From assembly GCA_018714665.1 (NCBI GenBank), contig DVNA01000004.1:1-33226 (forward strand): a DNA stretch of 33,226 bases. The letters are read 5' to 3'. This document shows positions 15,645 to 24,996 of the stretch, piece after piece. The DNA is from Candidatus Gallibacteroides avistercoris. Its GTDB lineage: Bacteria; Bacteroidota; Bacteroidia; Bacteroidales; CHK158-818. A program made the position numbers and the translations under genes. The notes under the pieces were generated by a model. It did no database searches. It saw only the letters and a program-made list of their open reading frames with translations, and was not told the DNA's origin. Every line of letters begins with the position of its first letter. Position 1 is the stretch's first letter.

Positions 15645-16392
15645 ACCGCTCTTCTCCGTTATTACCGTTACATACAATGCCGAGCAGGTTGTGTTGCCGA
15701 CGTTGAAAAGCCTCTCGTCGCAAACCTGTACCGATTATGAGCACCTGGTAATCGACGGGGCTTCTACCGACCGTACCCTTGCCGTAGTAAAGGAGTTCGA
15801 CTCTTCCCGGTTGCGCATTATTTGCGAACCGGACAAGGGGTTGTACGATGCCATGAACAAGGGGATGGCCGCCGCTTGCGGGCAGTATCTCCTCTTTTTG
15901 AATGCCGGCGACTCCTTTTTCGACCCGCAGACGTTGCAGTCGCTCAAACAGCAGATAGAGGAGGCTTCGTCGCCGGATATCATCTATGGCGAGACCGCCT
16001 TGTGCGACGATGCCGGGAATCTGGTCGGGATGCGCCGGTTGAAAGCACCCGAGAAACTGACGTGGAAAAGTTTCCGGAACGGGATGTTGGTTTGTCATCA
16101 GGCCTTTATTGCCAAACGGGAGATAGCCCCTCCCTATGATTTGACTTACCGTTTCTCTGCCGATTTCGATTGGTGTATCCGTTGCATGAAACAGGCCCAG
16201 ACCATTCATAACAGCCACCGGGTACTCATCCGTTACCTTTCCGAAGGGTTGACTACCCGCAACCACAAGGCCTCGCTGAAAGAGCGTTACCGGATTATGT
16301 GCCGTTATTACGGTCGTATCCCCGTATCGTTGCTGCACCTGTGGTTTGCCGTTCGGTACTATTATGCCAAATGGATTGTAGGTAGGGTATAG
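15637..16392 (+). CDS. Glycosyltransferase family 2
   Basis: ATG at 15637 overlaps the GT4 stop by 8 nt. FSVITVTYNAEQVVLPTLKSLSSQTCTDYEHLVIDGASTDRT and FLNAGD (DxD-like). 251 aa. Confidence 0.85.
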   Translation: MNKPLFSVITVTYNAEQVVLPTLKSLSSQTCTDYEHLVIDGASTDRTLAVVKEFDSSRLRIICEPDKGLYDAMNKGMAAACGQYLLFLNAGDSFFDPQTLQSLKQQIEEASSPDIIYGETALCDDAGNLVGMRRLKAPEKLTWKSFRNGMLVCHQAFIAKREIAPPYDLTYRFSADFDWCIRCMKQAQTIHNSHRVLIRYLSEGLTTRNHKASLKERYRIMCRYYGRIPVSLLHLWFAVRYYYAKWIVGRV

Positions 16393-16411
16393 TATATTAC
16401 CCTTTTCATCG

Positions 16412-16453
16412 AAAAAATACCCCTGAAACTTTATTGTATCAGGGGTATTTTTT
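16412..16453. terminator. Bidirectional hairpin terminator between convergent GT2 and yfhO
   Basis: aaaaaatacccctga / tcaggggtatttttt forms a 15-bp stem (including its A/T-run ends) with a 12-nt loop. A-run and T-run flanks give a U-tail on both strands. Confidence 0.65.
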
Positions 16454-16459
16454 ATCAGG

Positions 16460-18913
16460 TTATTTAGCCTCTTTTTCTTTCTTTTTCCGGATGAGCGGGA
16501 CGGCGATGGTTGCCGCAAACAGCAATCCGATCAGAGCGAGGGCGATGAAAGCAATGGTTTCGGAGTTTTTGACCGAATCGGGATCAAACCGGAACAGTAC
16601 CTCGTGTTTTCCCTCCGGTATTTGCAGGGCGCGCAATACATAGTCGGCACGTACCTCTTTGGCGGGTTTCCCGTCGATGGTTACCTTCCAGCCGTCGGGG
16701 TAGTAGATTTCCGAGAATACGGCTAATCCGCCATTTACGGAATTGGCGGTATAGGTCAGTTCGTTGGGTTTGTACGAGGTGAGCTGGATGGTGTCGCCCG
16801 GAGTTTTGTTCAGGACGATGTTACCCAGGGCCTCTTTGAACCGCACATCGATTACTGCGGTATCCAGCGGGTTGAGGTGATCCAGTGCCTTCATCTCTTC
16901 GTCGGCGCTGTTGACCCATTGGATGGACGATACGAACCATCCGTTGCCCAAGGCTCCGGCGTTGCGTTGCACATAGGGTTTCCCGTTCTCATCGTTCTGG
17001 ATGATGTATTTCGTATTGAGCATATTGAGAACCTGCTGGTTTCCTTTGGAGAGTTGGTGTTCTATCAGGTCCTGGTAACGTCTGAGCTTGGCAGCGTGGT
17101 ACCCCCCTATCGATTTGTGGTAATAGGAGGTGGTGGGGTCGCTGAACGGGTTCTGTACCGTCAGGTTGAAGACGCGGTAGTTCGGGTCTTTGTCTTGCAG
17201 AATCTCCTTGTCGGCTTCTGTCATCGGGAACGGATTGGACAGTTGTCTTTTGGGTACGAAGTTACTGCTGTTCAGGTACCGTTTGTCAACCGTATAGAGG
17301 TCGCACAAAATCAGGGCCCCGATAGCTGCGATGTAAGTGTATTTCTTTACCCGTTGGGTAGCGTACAGGTAGGTTAGTCCGGCTCCCAGCAGGATAATTA
17401 TCAGGCTGCGCCAGGCATCGGCGGTAAAGATGGACCGACGGACCGATTCCAGGTAGGCCAGTATCTGTTGTACCTGCGGGTTTGCTTTTGCCTGCGGCAG
17501 GAAAGCCATCTGTTCCTGTTGGCTCAGGAATGAAAAGAAGAGGTTCGGGAAGAGGGCGAAAATCAGGGCTACACCGGCGGTAATTTCAAGAGAGAACAGC
17601 GTGGCGTGTTTCTTCTCTTTCAGGATGGCCGGATTCTCCAAAATCTCTTTCAACGCCAAAATGGCCAGTACCGGGATACAGAACTCGGCAATAACCAGCA
17701 TACTCGATACCGCCCTGAATTTGTTGTACATCGGGAAGTAGTCGATAAACAGGTCGGTCAGGGGCATGAAATTCTTTCCCCAGGCCAATACGATGGAGAG
17801 TACCGTTGCCGACAAAAGCGCCCATTTCAACGGGCCTTTTACGATAAAACAGCCCAATATGAAGAGCGTCAGGACGAAGGCTCCCACATATACCGGTCCC
17901 GAGGTAAAGGGTTGGTCTCCCCAGTACCTCATCTGTTGGGCGATTACCTGTCGGTATTGTTGGGGAACCTCTTTTACCAGATCCGGTTCCTGTCCGATAA
18001 ATACCGAACGTCCACCTTTTACATCCGGCACTAACAACGACCAGGTCTCTCCCAGTCCGTAGCTCCAACTGGTGATATAATCTTTTTCGAGCCCGGCCAA
18101 TCCGCTTTTGGCCACATTTTCGGGATGGGCCAGTTCGGAGAGTCCCCGGGTAGATTCTTTGCTGTATTCGTATGTATTGTACAGGTTGGGCCAGTTGGCG
18201 GCCACCGCCAGCAACGCGGCGATAACCAGTACGCCCGAGGCCTTGAAAAATTCGGCAATGCGCTTCTCCTTGACATAGGCTATACATTCGCAAACCACCA
18301 GTGCTAAGATGATGAACAGCGAGTAGTAGGTCATCTGTACGTGGTTGGCGGCAATCTGGAATGTAGCGAAGAGTGCTGCCAGAAAGGCTCCTGCCAGGTA
18401 TTTACCGCGATAAACCAGCAGGATACCGGCAATCGTGGGGGGGATGTGGGCCAGCGTGATGAATTTCCACAGGTGTCCTGCCTCGATCAGGATAAAAAAA
18501 TAGGAGGAAAAGGCGTAGGCAATTGCGCCGATAACGGCCAGATACCACCTCATCCTGAGCGTAATTAACAGGATAAAGAATCCTACCAGCATGATGAATA
18601 CTAACGAGACGGGGGCCGGCAGCCACAACCGGTAGGCGTTTTCCAGAAACCGTACTACTGCTGAGGGGGCGTAGCTGGGGGTAATCTGGTAATTGGGCAT
18701 CCCCGAGAAGAGGGAGTTGGTCCACCGGGTAACCTCCCCGGTTTGTTCGCGAAACGCTACTCCTTCCTGCCCGACGCCGATTCCCTGCATCGTGTCGGTC
18801 TGTAAGAGTACCTTTCCTTCGGCGATGTCCGGCATGAAAAATACGACCGAGATAACGACGAAAAGGAGAATTGAAATCAGATAGGGAAGCGATTTTTTTA
18901 CCTGTGGTATCAT
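16460..18913 (-). CDS. YfhO-family polytopic membrane protein (GT-C-like putative glycosyltransferase)
   Basis: About 817 aa from the ATG at 18913 (MIPQVKKSLPYLISILLFVV). The track start at 18964 is a TTG. N-terminal two thirds is multi-pass hydrophobic. A roughly 250-aa soluble C-terminal domain and a final TM helix follow (IAFIALALIGLLFAATIAVPLI). Confidence 0.7.
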   Translation of the reverse strand: MIPQVKKSLPYLISILLFVVISVVFFMPDIAEGKVLLQTDTMQGIGVGQEGVAFREQTGEVTRWTNSLFSGMPNYQITPSYAPSAVVRFLENAYRLWLPAPVSLVFIMLVGFFILLITLRMRWYLAVIGAIAYAFSSYFFILIEAGHLWKFITLAHIPPTIAGILLVYRGKYLAGAFLAALFATFQIAANHVQMTYYSLFIILALVVCECIAYVKEKRIAEFFKASGVLVIAALLAVAANWPNLYNTYEYSKESTRGLSELAHPENVAKSGLAGLEKDYITSWSYGLGETWSLLVPDVKGGRSVFIGQEPDLVKEVPQQYRQVIAQQMRYWGDQPFTSGPVYVGAFVLTLFILGCFIVKGPLKWALLSATVLSIVLAWGKNFMPLTDLFIDYFPMYNKFRAVSSMLVIAEFCIPVLAILALKEILENPAILKEKKHATLFSLEITAGVALIFALFPNLFFSFLSQQEQMAFLPQAKANPQVQQILAYLESVRRSIFTADAWRSLIIILLGAGLTYLYATQRVKKYTYIAAIGALILCDLYTVDKRYLNSSNFVPKRQLSNPFPMTEADKEILQDKDPNYRVFNLTVQNPFSDPTTSYYHKSIGGYHAAKLRRYQDLIEHQLSKGNQQVLNMLNTKYIIQNDENGKPYVQRNAGALGNGWFVSSIQWVNSADEEMKALDHLNPLDTAVIDVRFKEALGNIVLNKTPGDTIQLTSYKPNELTYTANSVNGGLAVFSEIYYPDGWKVTIDGKPAKEVRADYVLRALQIPEGKHEVLFRFDPDSVKNSETIAFIALALIGLLFAATIAVPLIRKKKEKEAK

Positions 18914-18931
18914 GTATGTAATGGGTTTGAA

Positions 18932-18955
18932 GCCGGGGAGAAGAGCCTCCCCGGC
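18932..18955 (-). terminator. GC-rich hairpin between ahcY and yfhO (weak terminator, attenuator or RNA stabiliser)
   Basis: Perfect 9-bp stem gccggggag / ctccccggc with a 6-nt loop. Only a short U-tract follows on the minus strand. Confidence 0.3.
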
Positions 18956-18967
18956 GGTATGCAACGG

Positions 18968-20386
18968 TTAATAGCGATAGTGTTCCGGTTTATAGGGCCC
19001 GTCGGGAGAAACCCCGATGTATGTGGCCTGTTTGTCGGTAAGGCGAGTCAGCTTCACGCCGATTTTTTCGAGGTGCAGGCGGGCAACCTCTTCGTCCAGC
19101 TTTTTGGGCAGGCGATAGACTCCTATCGGGTAGGCTGTCTTGTACAGCTCCATTTGTGCCAGCGTTTGGTTGGTAAAGGAGTTGCTCATCACGAACGAGG
19201 GGTGTCCGGTGGCGCAACCCAGGTTTACCAGCCGGCCGTCGGCCAGCAACAGGATGGAGTGCCCCTGGGGGAAGAAGTATTGGTCTACCTGCGGTTTGAT
19301 GTTCCGGCAGCGGATACCCGGATATTGCTTTAATTTTTCTACCTGTATCTCGTTGTCGAAGTGTCCGATGTTGCATACGATGGCCCCGTTCTTCATGTTT
19401 TCGAGGTGCTCGATGCGGATGATGTCGCAGTTGCCGGTCGTAGTAACATAGATGTCTCCTTGCGGGAGGGCATCTTCGACGGTGGTTACTTCAAATCCCT
19501 CCATGGCGGCTTGCAGGGCGCATATCGGGTCTATCTCGGTAACGAGCACGCGGGCCCCGTAACTGCGCATGGAGTGGGCACACCCTTTTCCCACGTCGCC
19601 GTATCCGCATACTACTACCACCTTGCCGGCAATCATGATGTCGGTAGCTCTTTTGATGCCGTCGGCCAGCGATTCGCGGCAGCCGTACAGGTTGTCGAAT
19701 TTCGATTTGGTAACCGAGTCGTTTACGTTGAAGGCGGGGAACAGCAGCTTCTTGTTCTCCATCATCTGGTACAGGCGGTGTACGCCGGTGGTGGTCTCTT
19801 CCGAAACGCCTTTTATATCGGGCAACATCCGGCTCCACAACCGGTTGTCGGCTTTCAGCGTTTGCGAGAGTATCTTTACCAGCTCTATTTCGTCTTCGGA
19901 TTCGGCATTCGGGTTTAATACATCTTCTCCCTGTTCGGCGCGGTAGCCGGTATGTACCATCAAGGTGGCGTCGCCGCCGTCGTCAACAATCAGGTTCGGA
20001 CCTTTCCCTTCGCCGAAACAGAGGGCTTGCAGAGTACACCACCAGTAATCGGCCAGCGTTTCGCCTTTCCAGGCAAATACGGGGACGCCTGCGGCGGCGA
20101 TTGCGGCGGCTGCATGGTTCTGTGTAGAGTAGATGTTGCAGCTGGCCCAGCGTACCTGGGCTCCCAGTTCAACCAATGTCTCGATTAATACGGCCGTTTG
20201 GATGGTCATGTGCAGCGATCCCATGATGCGGGCGCCTTTCAGGGGTTTCTGTGCCCCGTACTTTTCGCGCAGGGCCATCAATCCGGGCATCTCTTTTTCG
20301 GCCAGTTCTATCTCTTTCCGGCCGAAATCGGCCAATGTTATGTCGGCCACCTTGTAAGGCAGGTTGGCAAATAGTTCTTGTGTCAT
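18968..20386 (-). CDS. ahcY: Adenosylhomocysteinase
   Basis: ATG at 20386 ([37 protein letters not shown]), 472 aa. NAD-binding [13 protein letters not shown], then GHFDNEI, with a C-terminal ...KPEHYRY. Confidence 0.93.
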   Translation of the reverse strand: MTQELFANLPYKVADITLADFGRKEIELAEKEMPGLMALREKYGAQKPLKGARIMGSLHMTIQTAVLIETLVELGAQVRWASCNIYSTQNHAAAAIAAAGVPVFAWKGETLADYWWCTLQALCFGEGKGPNLIVDDGGDATLMVHTGYRAEQGEDVLNPNAESEDEIELVKILSQTLKADNRLWSRMLPDIKGVSEETTTGVHRLYQMMENKKLLFPAFNVNDSVTKSKFDNLYGCRESLADGIKRATDIMIAGKVVVVCGYGDVGKGCAHSMRSYGARVLVTEIDPICALQAAMEGFEVTTVEDALPQGDIYVTTTGNCDIIRIEHLENMKNGAIVCNIGHFDNEIQVEKLKQYPGIRCRNIKPQVDQYFFPQGHSILLLADGRLVNLGCATGHPSFVMSNSFTNQTLAQMELYKTAYPIGVYRLPKKLDEEVARLHLEKIGVKLTRLTDKQATYIGVSPDGPYKPEHYRY

Positions 20387-20408
20387 AGTTCTATTGATAT
20401 TTTGCCTG

Positions 20409-20416
20409 CAAAGGTA
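20409..20416 (-). promoter_or_regulatory. Candidate -7 box (TACCTTTG on the minus strand) for ahcY
   Basis: caaaggta on the + strand, 22 nt upstream of the ATG at 20386. Confidence 0.4.
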
Positions 20417-20469
20417 GTCGATAATTTTTATTTTCAGCAACTTCTCCTTTGCAAACGGTGTTCACGAAT

Positions 20470-20516
20470 AAAGAGAGGGACGCTCCCGGCACGGGGAAAA
20501 CATCTCTCTCTTTTTT
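20470..20516 (-). terminator. Hairpin terminator downstream of serS
   Basis: Outer stem 20470-20480 pairs with 20503-20513 (aaagagaggga / tctctctcttt, one G-U pair). It encloses a small inner hairpin tcccg-gca-cggga. A/T runs lie on both sides. Confidence 0.45.
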
Positions 20517-20547
20517 ATGGGTTGTAAAAGGGCATCGTTCCCTTGGG

Positions 20548-21819
20548 TTAGTCGATGATGTCGAATCCGGTATAGGGAACCAGCGCTTTCGGTATCCGGA
20601 TTCCTTCCGGGGTTTGGTTGTTTTCCAACAAGGCTGCTACGATACGGGGCAGTGCCAGGGCACTCCCGTTCAGGGTATGCGCCAGTTGCGGCTTTTTGTC
20701 TCCGCTCTTGTAGCGGCATTTGAGCCGGTTGGCCTGGTAGCTTTCAAAGTTCGATACCGAGCTTACTTCGAGCCAGCGTTTCTGGGCGGCCGAGAATACC
20801 TCGAAGTCGAACGTGATGGCCGATGTAAAGCTCATGTCCCCTCCGCACAGGCGGAGAATCCGGTAGGGCAGTTCCAGCGCTTGTACCAGGCTCTCTACGT
20901 GCGCAATCATTTCGTCCAGCGATTGGTAGGAGTGTTCGGGCGTGTCGATGCGGACAATTTCTACTTTGTCGAATTGGTGCAACCGGTTCAGTCCGCGTAC
21001 ATCTTTTCCGTACGAACCTGCCTCGCGCCGGAAGCAGGCTGAGTAGGCCGTGTTCTTGATCGGCAGATCGGCTTCGTTCAGGATTGTGTCGCGGTAGATG
21101 TTGGTTACCGGTACCTCAGCCGTGGGGATGAGGTAGAGGTCGTCTTCGTTGCAGTGGTACATCTGTCCCTCTTTGTCGGGCAGCTGTCCTGTTCCGTAAC
21201 CCGAAGCGGCGTTTACCACGTACGGGGGTTGTATCTCTTCGTAACCGGCGTTGCGGGCTTTTTCGAGGAAGAAATTGATCAGGGCCCGTTGCAACCGGGC
21301 GCCTTTCCCGCGATATACCGGGAATCCCGCTCCGGTGATTTTTACTCCCAGTTCAAAGTCTATCAGGTTGTATTTCTTGGCCAGTTCCCAGTGGGGCAGG
21401 GCATCTTCCGGCAATTCGGGAACGATACCGCCCATCCGTTCTACCACGTTGTCTTCGGCCCCTTTCCCGGGAGGTACGGCGTTACAGGGCATATTGGGTA
21501 CGGTCAGCAGGATGTCCGTTATCTCTGTTTCGGCGGCCTTCATGGCAGCTTCCAGATATTTGTTGGCCTCTTTGATCTCTCCTGTTTTGGCTTTGATGGC
21601 TTCTGCCTCCTCCTTTTTCCCCTCTTTCATCAGTTGGCCGATGGTGGCCGACAGGGTTTTCAGTTCTGCCAGGCTGCTGTCCAGCGATGCCTGTGTGTTA
21701 CGACGGGTTTTGTCTAATTCGAGTACCCGTGCGATGACTTGGGTGGCATCGAAATTTTTGATGGCCAACCGGCGGATCACCTCTTCGGGATTTTCTTTTA
21801 TGGTGTTTAGTGTGAGCAT
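20548..21819 (-). CDS. serS: Serine--tRNA ligase
   Basis: 423 aa. N-terminal coiled-coil arm. Class II motifs: LIPTAEVPVTN, CFRREAGSYGKDVRGLNRLHQF, LNGSALALPR. Confidence 0.95.
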   Translation of the reverse strand: MLTLNTIKENPEEVIRRLAIKNFDATQVIARVLELDKTRRNTQASLDSSLAELKTLSATIGQLMKEGKKEEAEAIKAKTGEIKEANKYLEAAMKAAETEITDILLTVPNMPCNAVPPGKGAEDNVVERMGGIVPELPEDALPHWELAKKYNLIDFELGVKITGAGFPVYRGKGARLQRALINFFLEKARNAGYEEIQPPYVVNAASGYGTGQLPDKEGQMYHCNEDDLYLIPTAEVPVTNIYRDTILNEADLPIKNTAYSACFRREAGSYGKDVRGLNRLHQFDKVEIVRIDTPEHSYQSLDEMIAHVESLVQALELPYRILRLCGGDMSFTSAITFDFEVFSAAQKRWLEVSSVSNFESYQANRLKCRYKSGDKKPQLAHTLNGSALALPRIVAALLENNQTPEGIRIPKALVPYTGFDIID

Positions 21820-21829
21820 AGTTTTGTGT

Positions 21830-22279
21830 TTAAGCGAGCAATTCTTTTACTTTGGCAGAGATGGCGCGTCCTTCGGCTTTTCCGGCCAGTTGTTTTCCGG
21901 CCACTCCCATCACTTTTCCCATATCTTTGGCCGAGGTGGCGCCTACTTCGGCAATGATGGCTTTCAGGGCTGTTTCCAATTCCTCTTCGCTCATCTGCTT
22001 GGGCAGGTATTCGGCGATGACGGCGGCTTCGGCCAGTTCGCCTTCTCCCAATTCCGGGCGGTTTTGTTGTTGGTAAATGGCGGCGCTGTCTTTACGCTGT
22101 TTTACCATCTTTTGCAGAATCTTTATGGCTGCTTCATCGCTCAGTTCTCCTTCGGAGCCTTTGGCTGTTTTGGCTTCGATAAACTCTTTTTTGATGCCGC
22201 GCAGGGCGCCCAGCCGGACTTTATCTTTTGCCAGCATGGCTTTTTTTATGTCGTCGCTGATTTGATCGTACAGGTTCAT
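21830..22279 (-). CDS. GatB/YqeY domain-containing protein
   Basis: 149 aa. MNLYDQISDDIKKAMLAKDKVRLGALRGIKKEF...AAVIAEYLP...MGKVMGVA is typical of the YqeY family. Confidence 0.85.
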   Translation of the reverse strand: MNLYDQISDDIKKAMLAKDKVRLGALRGIKKEFIEAKTAKGSEGELSDEAAIKILQKMVKQRKDSAAIYQQQNRPELGEGELAEAAVIAEYLPKQMSEEELETALKAIIAEVGATSAKDMGKVMGVAGKQLAGKAEGRAISAKVKELLA

Positions 22280-22318
22280 TGTTATATTGTTTTGTTTAAT
22301 GGGTGAATCGTTTTTTTG

Positions 22319-23593
22319 TTAGAATCGGATAATACCGTCGGCCGACGGGGTCTCTGCCGGTGGCTCGACCGGGGCAACCGATGCGTGCTGTATCTTGGAA
22401 AGGAACTGCGGTTCCCGGTTGTAGGTGGGCGATTTGTCTATCAAGTCCAGCAACAGGTCGTCGTCCATCTGTTCGGGGGTCAATATTACGAACGAGGCGC
22501 GGGCTTTGGCCCGTTCGAGGTCTTTTACCGAGTCGTCGCCGTACATCGTTTCGATTTTCTTCGACTCTACCGTTTTGGTCTCGTTTTTGGTTTTGTCCGC
22601 AGAGGCTTGTGCCAGGTTGGAGATACCGAACCCGGTGGCCAGGATGATGATTTTGATGTTGTCGTCCAAGGTTTCATCCACGGCTGCTCCCCAGATTACC
22701 TCTACATCTTTGCCGAACTTCAACATGAAATCGTGCACTTCGCTCATCTCTTCCATTTTGAGTTGGCTCTTGCTGTTGAAATAGAGGTTGAACAGTACCT
22801 TTTTGGCGCCGAACACGTCGTTGTTGTTCAGCAGGGGTGAGTTGAGGGCGTCTTCGATGGCTTTGGCCACGCGTCTTTCACCTTGTCCGAATCCGGAACT
22901 CATGATGGCAACCCCGCCATCTTTCAGGATGGAGTTCACATCGGCGAAGTCCAGGTTGATGTATCCGCTTACGGTAATGATTTCGGCAATGCTCTTGGCT
23001 GCCGTAGTCAGGGTGTCGTCCGCTTTTCCGAATGCGTTGAGGAAATGCAGGTCGGGATAGATCTGGCGTAAACGTTCGTTGTTGATTACCAGCAAAGCGT
23101 CCACGTACTGGCTCATCTCTTCCACGCCGTCGAGCGCTTGCAGGATTTTTTTCTCGCCTTCAAACAGGAACGGGATGGTAACGATTCCTACCGTCAGGAT
23201 ATCTTTCTCCTTGGCAACCCGGGCAATTACCGGGGCGGCTCCTGTTCCGGTTCCCCCACCCATTCCGGCGGTGATAAATACCATTTTTGTTCCGTCGTCA
23301 AACAGGGCGCTGATTTCGTCGATGCTCTCTTCGGCGGCCTCCCGGGCCCGCATGGGGCGGTTTCCTGCTCCCAAGCCTTCGGTTACGGTGCGGCCCAGCT
23401 GAATTTTCCGGGGGATGGGCGAACGCAGCAACGCTTGGTTATCGGTGTTGCAGAGGGCAAACGAAACATCCTGAATCCCTTCTTTATACATGTGGTTTAC
23501 GGCGTTTCCTCCGCCACCACCCACTCCCACGACTTTGATAATCGTCGGGTTGCTTTTGGGATATTGAAGGTCTAATGGTTCATTCATTTCCAT
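22319..23593 (-). CDS. ftsZ: Cell division protein FtsZ
   Basis: 424 aa. Segments: VVGVGGGGGNAVNHM, tubulin signature GMGGGTGTGAAPVIA, and a disordered linker with a conserved C-terminal peptide. Confidence 0.97.
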   Translation of the reverse strand: MEMNEPLDLQYPKSNPTIIKVVGVGGGGGNAVNHMYKEGIQDVSFALCNTDNQALLRSPIPRKIQLGRTVTEGLGAGNRPMRAREAAEESIDEISALFDDGTKMVFITAGMGGGTGTGAAPVIARVAKEKDILTVGIVTIPFLFEGEKKILQALDGVEEMSQYVDALLVINNERLRQIYPDLHFLNAFGKADDTLTTAAKSIAEIITVSGYINLDFADVNSILKDGGVAIMSSGFGQGERRVAKAIEDALNSPLLNNNDVFGAKKVLFNLYFNSKSQLKMEEMSEVHDFMLKFGKDVEVIWGAAVDETLDDNIKIIILATGFGISNLAQASADKTKNETKTVESKKIETMYGDDSVKDLERAKARASFVILTPEQMDDDLLLDLIDKSPTYNREPQFLSKIQHASVAPVEPPAETPSADGIIRF

Positions 23594-23620
23594 ATGGTGT
23601 TGATCTATGTTGTTCTGTTG

Positions 23621-24967
23621 TTATTTCTTAAAGGTGTTATCGTCCTCTTCGAGAATCTTGCCTACTTTTTCCGAGAATATGCCCAAGATGTCATCGAACA
23701 GCCCTTTCTTGGGTGGCGTAGGCGGTTTGGGCGTCTTGGCCTGTTTGGGGTTGGTAGGGGTAGAGGGGCCAGTTGTCCCTGTCGTGGGGGGGGCTATCGG
23801 TTCTGTTCCCTCCTCTTTCAGACAGTGATCTTCTGCCATCGCTACCAACCCGATGGCCTGCATATAGGCCGGGTTGAAGACCGCTTCGGAGCGGTTGGCA
23901 AATGTAATCTCTTTCGGCAGGGTTGCTTTCCGTACCTCCATGCCTGTCTTTTGTTTCAACAGTTCGGGGAGTTGGCGTAATTGCGAAGCCCCTCCGGTGA
24001 TGACGATGCCGGCGGAGAGCTGTTTGGCATACCCCGACTCTTCTATCTGGGCGATGATGTTTTGCACGATCTCTTCAATCCTGGCCTCCGTTACGCGGCA
24101 GAGGGTCTGGTATTTTATTTTGGTGGCATCTACCCCTTCGATGTTGAGGCTGGGGGTGTTTTTCAGCTCTTTTGCCGACGGGACAATGGCCGTTCCATAA
24201 GCGATTTTCAGCTTTTCCGCTTCGGGTTCGAGTACGTTCAGCGAGCAGATGTCGCGGGTCAGGTTCCGTCCTCCGAAGGGGATGGTGGCGATGTAACGCA
24301 GGAAATCGTCCTTGTAGATGGATACGGTGGTGGTACCGGCCCCGAAATCAATCAATACGCAACCCAAACTCTTTTCGTTGTCGGACAACGCCACGGCGGC
24401 GGTTGCCTGTGCCGAGGGGATGTATCCGGCTACCGGAATCTTTATTTTTTCGGTCAGGCAGCGGAAGATGTTCTTTTTCAGCGAGGGCCTGCCGATAATC
24501 AGTTTCAGGTTGGCCTGGATATCTGAGCAGAAGATGCCTTTGGGATGGGATTCCATCCGGTTATCGACCAGAAATTCGGTAGGGACGATCCCGATGATTT
24601 CGGAGTTATATACCGGGAAGTTCTTGCTTTCGGCAAGCATCGAGGCAATCAGCTCTTCGGTTACTTGCGTATCTTCGTTGAGTTGCCGGCTGATGCTGTA
24701 ATCGATTGTGTGTACCGATTGTCCGCCTATGCCCACATATATTTTCTCTATTTTGCCCGCTATGCGGTTTTCCAGTTTGGTGATGATTTTTTTGATCCGG
24801 CTGGCAGCATCTTCTACGTTCAGAATACATCCGCGTTTGATGCACGTGCCGGAATCTTCTCTCTCTATGGCTTCGACCGTCAATCTGCCTTCGGCCGATT
24901 TTTTCCCGATGATACCTGCTATCTTGGAGGTTCCCAGGTCAATCGCTGCTATGTATCTTGTTTCCAT
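23621..24967 (-). CDS. ftsA: Cell division protein FtsA
   Basis: 448 aa. Actin-fold phosphate motifs IAAIDLGTSKIAG, LIDFGAGTTT and ITGGASQL. Pro/Thr-rich linker plus a C-terminal amphipathic helix GLFDDILGIFSEKVGKIL. Confidence 0.93.
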   Translation of the reverse strand: METRYIAAIDLGTSKIAGIIGKKSAEGRLTVEAIEREDSGTCIKRGCILNVEDAASRIKKIITKLENRIAGKIEKIYVGIGGQSVHTIDYSISRQLNEDTQVTEELIASMLAESKNFPVYNSEIIGIVPTEFLVDNRMESHPKGIFCSDIQANLKLIIGRPSLKKNIFRCLTEKIKIPVAGYIPSAQATAAVALSDNEKSLGCVLIDFGAGTTTVSIYKDDFLRYIATIPFGGRNLTRDICSLNVLEPEAEKLKIAYGTAIVPSAKELKNTPSLNIEGVDATKIKYQTLCRVTEARIEEIVQNIIAQIEESGYAKQLSAGIVITGGASQLRQLPELLKQKTGMEVRKATLPKEITFANRSEAVFNPAYMQAIGLVAMAEDHCLKEEGTEPIAPPTTGTTGPSTPTNPKQAKTPKPPTPPKKGLFDDILGIFSEKVGKILEEDDNTFKK

Positions 24968-24996
24968 ATCGTGATAGAAATTTGCTTATGTATGGG

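Noticed and set aside
23621-23830. Pro/Thr/Lys-rich low-complexity tail in FtsA (PIAPPTTGTTGPSTPTNPKQAKTPKPPTPPKK).
   Set aside because: It reads as a flexible linker before the usual C-terminal amphipathic membrane-targeting helix (GLFDDILGIFSEKVGKIL). This is ordinary FtsA architecture, not a separate feature.
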